From Octopus bimaculoides (taxonomy: Eukaryota), in NCBI RefSeq assembly GCF_001194135.2, contig NC_068988.1, positions 59,479,121 through 59,543,120 of the forward strand: a stretch of DNA of 64,000 bases, given 5' to 3'. How positions within the stretch are numbered: the stretch's first letter is position 1; each line of letters starts with the position of its first letter. The notes under the pieces were generated by a model, which had not been told where the DNA came from, ran no database searches, and was given only the letters and a program-made list of their open reading frames with translations. The position numbers and the translations under genes are program-made. This document shows, piece after piece, positions 54,671 through 64,000 of this stretch.

Positions 54671-55645
54671 AAGCACAACGTGAAAGTGATTTCTGCTCGA
54701 TATGTGTGTATGTGTGTGTGTGTGTGTGTGTGCGTGCGTGTGTGTGGTATGCATGCTTGTGTGTGGTACGGTGTGGATGTATGGTAGCGTGTGCGTGTGA
54801 CAGTAACTTCGTGTGTGTGTGTGTGTGCAGTGTGTGTTATCAACTGTGTGTGTGTGGTATTAATTTTGTGTGTGTCTGTGGCATTAACTGCTGTGTGTGT
54901 TTGCTTATGTGTGAGTACACTGTGTAAGTGTGTGTGTGGGGGTGGGTAGGAACTGTGTGCGTGTGGTGATATCTGTGATTGTGTTTTGCTGTCACTCAGA
55001 ATGGGGATTTGTGGAAGCGTGTGTGCATAGAGGGAAGGGTCAATAGTGAGTCTGAAGCAATAGGAAGGGTGAATGAATGGTTGGGTGTGTCTGTGAGTGT
55101 GTGGTTGGCATGTGTGCTTAGTCTAAGTGGAATGTGTATATGTCTATATAAGATTTTTATTAATCACAATTGTCTCTCTTTCTCTCCCTCTCTTTTTCTT
55201 TTCTCACTCTCTCACTCTCTCTGTCTTCGTCACTGCCCTCACATACTCTATGACTAGCATTACTCTCAGTCCCACATGAGCAATAAGAGGAGTGTCAATG
55301 AATAGTGAGTGAGGGAGAATCGACGTGTGACACACTGACACACAGAAATTAGTTTTCGCATTTACTATATTACATGTATATAAGGAAAGGTAATATTTAT
55401 CTCCATTTAAACGTGGATGTTCGTTTAGAAAAAGAACTTTACTGGCGTATTTACTATGAGAAAAAACTAATCTTGGCTTTTGGTGCGAAATGCACGCTTG
55501 TTTATATCACTAGCCGGGATAGAAAAATCTCTAGCGCTGAAACCACAGGACTTCGTTATTTCGACATTCCTTGTCTCATGAATAATGGAAGCTCGACCGC
55601 TAGATATATATAACTTAATAAATACAGAATATATTTTTATATGCG

Positions 55646-55893
55646 TTATTTACATAGTACACATTCGACGGATATTTGTCCTCATCTTGTTTGTTGTTAA
55701 CACAAAGTTTCACAACCCTCCAGCCTTCTTCAGGTGTATTGAGGAAATTTCGAACCTGGGTTCTCATTCTTAAGGTATTTTAACATTGTGAAATTATTAT
55801 TATTATTAATAGTGTTCAGGTCACTGATTGGAATCGAACACGGAATGTTGGGGTTAGTAGCCCGCGCTCTTAACCACTACGCTCTTAACCACT
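55646..55893 (-). mobile_element. Solo Penelope pLTR module: tRNA-like head + AAT spacer + degenerate hammerhead
   Basis: Colinear with 26690-26930. Intact A-box remnant and B-box GTTCGATTCC; hammerhead core CUGAAGA..GAAAC with a stem II deletion; 14-bp duplication ctcttaaccacta at the 5' junction. Confidence 0.85.
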
Positions 55894-56469
55894 AGTGGTA
55901 GTAGCATCGGTGAATAGCTGCGGTTGTTCTTCGGTATGTAGGTTCAGTGGTTGAAAATCAGAAAGGACAAAGCTAATTCTAAGACTACAGGTCTAATTCA
56001 TCTCTGGTATTGTAAAAATCTGTAAAACTTTACAGAAGTTTATAATTTAGATGTCTATGAGCATGTTTAGATATGCAACTCTATACATAACAATACATAG
56101 ATAATACAAAACATACAAACCTCCACATATACATACATATCTGTTGCCGATGCTGAAAATTCAATGAAGGGGCCTTATATCTAGGTTAGGAACCGACTCT
56201 TTCTCTATTCATATGAAATCTTGAAATAAAACTGAACAATGACATACATACATACATACATACATACATACATACATACATGTATATATGCCAAAGATTA
56301 TTTTAAGTTTTCGCCGACGCCAAATTTGAAGTACTATAATAAATAGGTAACTTCATGTTGTCCCTTGCACATAAGTATGAGTTTAGATACTCGACACTTT
56401 GGCGTCATTCAACGCAAACCTCCGACATAAGGGCTGATCATTTGTTCGATTGTAATCATCCTGAAAATT

Positions 56470-57215
56470 GAGAAAGGTATGAACGTTGTCATGTCATTCT
56501 ATTTTAAGAAAAAAAAAAGCAAGGCACCAGCGGAATCCAGAAGGAAGTTATGTGCTGTGTACGAAGAAAATGCTGTTACGGAACGTATGTACCAGAAGTG
56601 GTTTGAAAGTTTCGATCGGGTAAATTTCCGTTTCAAGTTGCACCTCACTCTGGTGGTTTACCTGAGATTAAAAGCGACACTAATCCTCGTTACACGACCA
56701 CGAAGTTCATACGCATTCCCATAATAACGAAACTGAAATTTAAAAAAAACAAAAGCCAGACTGAAAGTCGAAAAATAATCTCTATCAAAGTGTTTACTGC
56801 TGTAGATTGGATGTTTGATTCCCACACCAATTGAATGAGGCGACGATGTTCTAACGTATCTTTGTTAATGTTTCTTTGCAGGAAAGAAATGAAAGCGAGC
56901 CATTTATTAATGCTGATAGACTATAGCAATGAGAAATTCAAACGATCACGGGGTAAGCGCGGCTAACCACTACAATCACCATCCAAAGCCACCAATGCTT
57001 TCAAATTCGTGAGACTTGTAAGGGTGATTTCCCTCCCAATATTCTTACCAAGATCAGGGCCATCAATTTGGGTGTGTACGTTGACCGCTTGGAAAAATAA
57101 AACGCAGCAGTTTACCAGAAGCCTACAGCGTTCCTTATCATAAGTACATTGTCTATACCCACGACACTGTTAGACCGCACATTTACTTACGGATGACGCA
57201 AAACTTACTCGGAAG
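56470..57215 (+). pseudogene. Decayed Mos1-like mariner transposase
   Basis: RKLCAVYEENAVTERMYQKWF; IPHQLNE (a WVPHEL-like motif); ERNESEPF; HDTVRPH..QNLLG (an HDNARPH-like motif). Confidence 0.75.
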
Positions 57216-57257
57216 TTTTGCTCCAGCTTCAATATCCGCCAGACCTGGTATATTTGT

Positions 57258-57318
<61 letters not shown>

Positions 57319-57361
57319 GCTGTTGTGTGTGTGTGTGTGTGTGTGTGCGNNNNNNNNNNNN

Positions 57362-57423
<62 letters not shown>

Positions 57424-58809
57424 ATGTTGTTCCACTGTGTGCACGCAAAACGAAAATGCCTGTAGTGATATATCTCTGGCCGAATAACACAGTACCTCTT
57501 TTTCACAACGACTTATGTGCAATACATTGGTAGTATATTTAATCAAATTTAATATTTTTTCTTCAAAGAAGAGTTGCTTTTCAAAACTGGTTTTCGTTAT
57601 TTACACAATAAAGTTTATGCTGTAATATATAAATATACTATAAAATTGTTTTCTAGTATATTCTCATATTTTAGATATTGTTGGACTACTGCAAAACCGA
57701 TCAACGAATTTAAAAGCAATATGTCAAATATATATGCCAGTACTATATAAACAATTTAGAAAATGTTACATAATATACAGATCTCAATATATTTGAAGTC
57801 AGTACATACGTTCTACAATGCAAAATATGTTGATAAAATGTAAAAGAATAAAAGATATATGCATTTATATATCAATTTATATGCGCACATACACATATAT
57901 ATGTGTGTGTGTTTGTGCGTAGGTGTATGCGCGTGTCTGTGTCTTTTGTGTGTGTGTATAATTAACTTTAATTTGAGTGTTTTTTCTTCTTTTATATTTA
58001 TTTATTTTCTTTATATAATGATAATATAACAATTACATATGCGAATTTCGACCTTACTTGATCTCTTGCGTGTATTACTGAATTATAATTTAAAATTTAT
58101 TTATTCATAGAAATCGTATAGTTCTTTAAGGCTAGAAAGCTTTCTTTTGAAACAAATCAGTTTTCCTCTAAACAGGCAAATAGAAATTTAGAAACCAGGC
58201 GGAGATAAAGATAAACATATAAATAGAAAGAGAAAAAAATAGCGAAGGAAAGATATAATGAGTGATAGAAAATGAGAGAGAAATAATAGGAGTGGGAGAG
58301 GTAGTGTTGGTTTCAGAAAAAATAGGATGTAAGATGCAAGAATTTATAAAATTTACTTCTCCATTACGAAATAAAGTTGAAGAAGGTACACTTCGCTAAT
58401 ATAGTGTTGTGCAACGCTATGTCTTAAGAATATAATGCGACGCCGAACTCAAACTCAGGATTTCTCAGCCGTGTCCATTAGCGAAGTCCCTTACCTGAGG
58501 ATTTTCATTATAATCACTTCTGAAGAGCATCAAATCATATATGCATTTTTGATATGTCAAATATTATTCTATGAAAATGAATAACAAATATATTGATTAA
58601 TCCTCAGCAAACATTACCTGACACAACACTTACCAGGTATTGAGAAAGTTAGATTCTCGTGTTGCTGGTAAATTGAGTTAAAATCGAACAATACGGTTGC
58701 CCCTATAGTATGGGATCACATTACTTTTTTTAGAAGGAGCGTTAGTATGTTGGTGTACTAAATTTTCTGGAACATTAAGTGAAAGAAAATGTTAGTTTAA
58801 CATTTTGAC

Positions 58810-58995
58810 ACAAGGCCAGCTGTTTCTGGGGGAAATGGTAATTCCAGGACATCGATCTAAGTAATCGACTACAACTTATGTTATCGACCCTGAAATGGTG
58901 CATGGTAAAACCGACCTCCGCGGAATTTAAACTCAGAATGTAAAGACCGGCAAATTTCTGCGAAATACTTTGCCCGACGCAGTAGTGATTCTCTC
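58810..58995 (-). mobile_element. SINE family A copy
   Basis: tatcgaccctgaaa..aaaaccgacctccgcggaatttaaactcagaatgtaaagac. Confidence 0.8.
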
Positions 58996-59127
58996 TGTCA
59001 CAACCTTAGTTATAGAAACATTCATAAGATGGTTTTTTTCTATTTTGACGGGAAATTTTCGATTCTATTTTTCACCACATCCTTGCTAATGAGTAGTCGA
59101 GTTTATTTTAGATATTGGATGACGAGC

Positions 59128-59355
59128 CAGTGGATCCTAAATGCGTGGGGCCGTGTCAAAACATCCACCAACACCAACGGGTTTTCGAAAGGCTGAACTG
59201 CTGCGTGATGAAGAGGACCGGGTGCGCTCTAGTGAGAGCGATAGACCGAAGAGGCTGAAGTGAGTGACGAGATCCTGAGGCGGATCAATTCGGACACTGA
59301 AGAAGACGTTGATGGTTTCAGGGCGCAGGAAGAAGATGAAGAAGGTGACCAATGA
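59128..59355 (+). pseudogene. pogo-superfamily (POGK/Passer-like) transposase C-terminal fragment
   Basis: QWILNAWGRVKTSTNTNGF/RKAELLRDEE../SDEILRRINSDTEEDVDGFRAQEEDEEGDQ*: W..AW..V....I.NGFRKA plus the acidic NSDTEEE.F.GF tail typical of pogo DDE_1 transposases. Two frameshifts. Confidence 0.75.
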
Positions 59356-60138
59356 CTTTTGACCTGGTAGGCTGCAGTGTATGTATGTATATATATATAT
59401 ATATATATATNNNNNNNNNNNNNNNNNNNNNNNNNNNNNNNNNNNNNNNNNNNNNNNNNNNNNNNNNNNNNNNNNNNNNNNNNNNNNNNNNNNNNNNNNN
59501 NNNNNNNNNNNNNNNNNNNNNNNNNNNNNNNNNNNNNNNNNNNNNNNNNNNNNNNNNNNNNNNNNNNNNNNNNNNNNNNNNNNNNNNNNNNNNNNNNNNN
59601 NNNNNNNNNNNNNNNNNNNNNNNNNNNNNNNNNNNNNNNNNNNNNNNNNNNNNNNNNNNNNNNNNNNNNNNNNNNNNNNNNNNNNNNNNNNNNNNNNNNN
59701 NNNNNNNNNNNNNNNNNNNNNNNNNNNNNNNNNNNNNNNNNNNNNNNNNNNNNNNNNNNNNNNNNNNNNNNNNNNNNNNNNNNNNNNNNNNNNNNNNNNN
59801 NNNNNNNNNNNNNNNNNNNNNNNNNNNNNNNNNNNNNNNNNNNNNNNNNNNNNNNNNNNNNNNNNNNNNNNNNNNNNNNNNNNNNNNNNNNNNNNNNNNN
59901 NNNNNNNNNNNNNNNNNNNNNNNNNNNNNNNNNNNNNNNNNNNNNNNNNNNNNNNNNNNNNNNNNNNNNNNNNNNNNNNNNNNNNNNNNNNNNNNNNNNN
60001 NNNNNNNNNNNNNNNNNNNNNNNNNNNNNNNNNNNNNNNNNNNNNNNNNNNNNNNNNNNNNNNNNNNNNNNNNNNNNNNNNNNNNNNNNNNNNNNNNNNN
60101 NNNNNNNNNNNNNNNNNNNNNNNNNNNNNATATACATG

Positions 60139-60171
<33 letters not shown>

Positions 60172-60379
60172 GTGTGTGTGTATATATATGTATACATATA
60201 TATACATTCCTTCATTTACCAACCTATCTTGGTAAATGAAGGAATTTGAGATAAAAAGAAAAAATGAATTAGAATATTCAGTAGGGAACCTCATGGATTC
60301 GTCCTTGCTGGAGAACAAGTGAGAAAAGCCAGAGGTATTTCTGTGTGTGGACGTGTCAACACGTCACAACACTCAAGGT

Positions 60380-60770
60380 CACCGCAATAATAATGAGCAG
60401 CGTATGTGGTACGTGCATCGATAGCAGAGTAAAGCAACACTACTAACAGATGTAACAACTGGAACAACACGAGAACAGTAGCATGAATACCGACCCAAAC
60501 GCTCACAGTCATTTTCGTTGGTTTTCTTGCAAAAAAACATTTCTTTGAGCTGCAAGCTGCATAAAGGCACATAAAGAAACTAGGAGTAAGAAAACCATAT
60601 GCACACAGCAGACTCCTTACCACGCTGACCGAAACATGAATGGTAAATTGAGGCAAATCGTGGAAGAGCATCAACAGGATTAAATATGCACTTAGAAATC
60701 TGATCTCTCGCTTTCAAGACGTAACATTCATGATACATTAAGCTCATGTGTCAATAGAGGAGTGAAATAA
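60380..60770 (+). pseudogene. Possible decayed RNase H domain of a non-LTR retrotransposon
   Basis: AAYVV..FELQAA..H(T)DS (with a frameshift)..IH*AHVSIE..N follows the order of the RNase H motifs GAA, AELxA, TDS, WxxAHxGIxGN. Confidence 0.35.
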
Positions 60771-61313
60771 CTCTCGTAAATCCTGGTTCAGAAGCACCTC
60801 ACAGTTTCACATAGATATGAGGAATTTATAGATACCAAATTACATGGGAGGGAAGGTGTTCCGAGAAACATTTAAGAATGTACAACCAGAATCAGATTTT
60901 TCAGGTTGGGAGAGGAAATTGTGGTCGACGAACCCATCCTGCTGCTATAGATAAAAGATTCAAAACGTACAATATCATTGGGATTTTGCACTAAAAGTTA
61001 ATTAAACTGTAACCTCGAAAAACGAGGCATAATCGCCAATTAAATCGAAATACCAAGAGGCAATTGCAGTGAATATTGGAGGGACGAATTCGCAGATGAA
61101 GACATTTTGAAACACCCTACACTAAAGAACTATATGCCCCAAAATCTACAATAGATAGCTGAAAGAGACCACAAGAGCACAATTGCTACCATATGGCCAA
61201 CCACAAGAAGCGCTTACTTCAATTGCTACCATATGGCAACAGTGAAAGCTTCGAAAAGATTCGATCAAAACAACAACAAAAAAAATAACAAGTGGAACAA
61301 TACTACAAGAAAC

Positions 61314-61740
61314 CGAAGACATGCATTTCCACCTCTCGACCGAGTAAAGATGAAAAAGGAAGCATTAAAATTCCAAAATATCCACCATGAAAGAGACAGC
61401 CTCATACTAACAAAAGTCAAAGTATTTGAATGAACGGATATACTTTTATCCCTTAGGCATCACTTACAACATCAGCACAAGAAAAATCAACACTGAAAGC
61501 AACAGTAAAAGATATGAGCAAGACCAAAAAAAAAAAAAGAAAAAAAAAAGATAACGAAGACATGTATCTCCCCGTTTCGACCAAATGAAGATGAAGAACG
61601 AAGCATTAAAAAGCAAAAATCCCTAACATGACAACAAACGCACCATACTAACAAAAATAAAGCCAAAATATTCGAATGAAAGGATATACTTTTATCACCT
61701 CAGCATCAGTTACAAAATCAGTACAAATAAAATCAACACT
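61314..61740. repeat. Diverged tandem duplication, ~180-bp units at a ~241-bp period (61314-61494, 61555-61740)
   Basis: Shared blocks cgaagacatg..cgacc..aagatgaa..gaagcattaaaa..catactaacaaaa..gaatgaa.ggatatacttttatc..aaaatcaacact. Confidence 0.85.
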
Positions 61741-62599
61741 CAATTACCGCAACCAACACCCACCAGCGGCAGCATCAGAACCACCACCACAACCACCACC
61801 ACTAACAATGACAACGATAATTTTACAACAATGGTACAAACAAAACCACAACCTATCTCATACACTCACAGTCGGAATATCGCCTAAACAAAAAAGTATT
61901 AATACTGTTACCGCCCTAGAGGCAAGAAAAAATAAAATTAACCAGTCAGATATATATCCATACAAGCATAGCACAAAAACTACATCAAAGGTATCAAAAC
62001 GTCAAGCTTTAAAAACATGTTCTGATTGCACCAAAATTCAGTCATGATTATAAGAAAAATATAAAACAATCTCGAAGAATTAGAATTAGAAAGGAGTATT
62101 AACAAAACTATATACACCTATGACTGAGAAGAAGGTGGAAACACATGTATTTTAAATGGAATATTTTATTAACGCCGCTTACTTTCCTCGTTTCACTTAC
62201 AACGGCCTCACGCAGAATAGGTAGTGTGATGTACGTGGGCTGGAGCCCGCTTGAAAGCAGGGCAATTTACTCAAAAAATTCAGATCAATAGACGGAAGAG
62301 CCGTCAGTCAAACTAGAACTTTTGTAGAACGAAATTTTAAATACTACCAATTTGGGGGCTACGGATTGTAAGCAACTATGTTTACCAGCATCTGGCGTTG
62401 AGATCGAACTACGTATACTGTATGATTGGAACCGGAAAGTAAGAATAAGAGAACTCGTGTGGTGAAGGCCGTACTTTTACAGATTTAGGGTGGCTACCGA
62501 ATGAATGCAATCTCTCATTATGGTAATGTTATTGTCGTCACAGGATTTCGTCTGGCAGTGCAAGCTTGAGATGAAATCTATAGCCATTGAACTGTACTC

Positions 62600-62750
62600 A
62601 GTCGGACCTGCCAGCTATGGGCGCATAGCAACAAGAAATTTATGCACGTACTTTTTCAGTACATGAGAATTGCTGAATTGCCAAATTTCTTGAATTGTGG
62701 ATGAGAGTGGCACGCATTGTCTAGGTGAATGGGGCCGCTATGAGCGAGCC
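62600..62750 (+). pseudogene. Possible Tx1-clade ORF2 extreme C-terminus
   Basis: KFLELWMRVARIV*VNG resembles a recalled Tx1 C-terminal motif (F..RW..VAR....NG). Confidence 0.4.
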
Positions 62751-62913
62751 CTTTTTGAGTGAGGAAGAAGCATATTGGGGTGGTAATTGTGATACGATGC
62801 ACTGTGGTACTGAAAATTGGAAGACTCAGTTTTCGATAGAGGTTTCACTTATCAAATTTTTATACTTGCATGTTTCTCTTACTTTGCTGTTTATATATTA
62901 TATTATTGTTGAT

Positions 62914-62915
<2 letters not shown>

Positions 62916-62993
<78 letters not shown>
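62916..62993. repeat. (TAA)26 microsatellite; target tract of the adjacent R4/Dong element
   Basis: Direct reading. Confidence 0.97.
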
Positions 62994-64000
62994 GGAGAAG
63001 ACACCGGGGAAGTTTAACATGTGAGTACGATAAATCACTCCTCCGAAACTTATCCAAAAACATCGGAAATAAAGACATCGCATGGAGCCAAAAAATAGCT
63101 GACAAAGGGTTGGACTATATCCGAGTAAGTAATACTCATTGAAATTTATTCCTATTTTTCCAAATATAATGATGTATTTTAACTTGATACCTCCACTACC
63201 CGAACAGCGATCGTAAACACACGTGTTACATCAAAATAAAGACCATCTCCAAACCCAAACACCATGTACAAAAAATAGCTGACAAAGAGTTGGACTATAT
63301 CCGAGTAAGTAATACTCATTGAAATTTATCTCTATTTTTCCAAATATAATGATGTATTTTAACTTGATACCTCCACTACCCGCACAGCGATCGTAAACAC
63401 ACGTGTTACATCAAAATCAGACCATCTTTGAACCCGAAAACACAATGTACAAAACAATTACAAACAGATTAAATAACACCGGTATTATTCCACCCAAGAA
63501 TAACAACCGAGAAGTACATACTGTAAGCTTGTTACGAAAAAAGTACGAAGGTATGAACGTGCAAAACAATCTGACAACAGAAATAAACGAACCGGTGCCC
63601 TACGAAACCGATGACCGTCAAAATAAAGAGCCGGACGTTGTTCCCCATGTCCTGCAAACAAAACCAAAACGGCATAAATGGACACGTGAGGAATACATTT
63701 CGATCCTACACGCCTATTTCACAGCAGTGCTCTACCCAAAAAACGAAAACGCAACAACACATACATATAAAATATGGAAGAAAAATAATGTAAATATAGA
63801 CCTCGATAAAACGATGAACCCTAACAAACTAGCTAACATAACATAAGAAGATATATTCTAAAAGCAAAAAAAATATCAGAAATAGAAATAGAACAATTGA
63901 AAGAAAAAATACATCAGGAAAATCTAGATAGTAGTCACACAGCAATGCCAAATAATAATATAAACACTGAGATAGCAAAACACGAGGACAAAGGTAACAT
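62994..64000 (+). mobile_element. 5' end of an R4/Dong-clade non-LTR retrotransposon, running off the window
   Basis: Starts immediately after (TAA)26. ORF from ATG 63445: ..KRHKWTREEYISILHAYF..HTYKIWKK..NPNKLANI/RRYILKAKKISEIEIEQLK, the conserved R4/Dong N-terminal block. A 5-bp duplication (aacat) at ~63834-63843 frameshifts it. Confidence 0.85.
63089..63448 (+). repeat. Two 180-bp tandem repeats in the R4/Dong 5' UTR
   Basis: caaaaaatagctgacaaag.gttggactatatccgagtaag.. at 63089 and 63269, >90% identical by eye. Confidence 0.95.

Noticed and set aside
26876-55882. tRNA-like sequences at 26876-26936, 29500-29576, 49078-49145 and 55820-55882 as real tRNA genes
   Set aside because: Acceptor stems and T-arms are incomplete, and each is fused to retroelement body sequence; they are SINE or pLTR heads.
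60291-60674. 127-aa hydrophobic minus-strand ORF with HYYC..LTCS, superficially like an olfactory-type GPCR
   Set aside because: Only one or two hydrophobic segments, no DRY/NPxxY-type motifs and no clear splice sites. It is better explained as the antisense of an A/C-rich decayed retroelement fragment.

Overview
This is AT-rich eukaryotic genomic DNA, dense in microsatellites, with 10 N-gaps that nearly all sit next to simple repeats, as expected in a short-read scaffold. The repeat families look like those of Octopus (coleoid cephalopod); this is inferred from recalled repeat consensus sequences, not a database hit. I found no intact protein-coding gene. Almost all ORFs in the supplied track are microsatellite read-throughs or decayed transposon fragments. 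Two small minus-strand exon candidates (9419-9434, 12326-12351) hint at a host gene with large introns. The window is mainly an archive of transposable elements: about 20 copies or fragments of 3 tRNA-headed SINE families, 5 mariner remnants, a Tc1-like and a pogo-like remnant, a TA-flanked MITE, a near-complete decayed L1/Tx1 LINE, Penelope-like elements and R4/Dong elements in (AAT)n tracts. Three structures stand out. (1) A Penelope 3' module couples a tRNA-like Pol III cassette to a minimal hammerhead ribozyme; it is present twice, once without any ORF. (2) A Tx1 LINE with an apparent 12-bp target-site duplication (TSD) sits inside a ~600-bp element with 207-bp terminal inverted repeats (TIRs), a composite reminiscent of Xenopus Tx1C. 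(3) Several elements share (AAT)n/(ATT)n tracts: SINE tails, a chimeric double R4/Dong 3' end, an R4/Dong 5' end and an unexplained 540-bp module. All coordinates were read by eye; boundaries of decayed elements are approximate.
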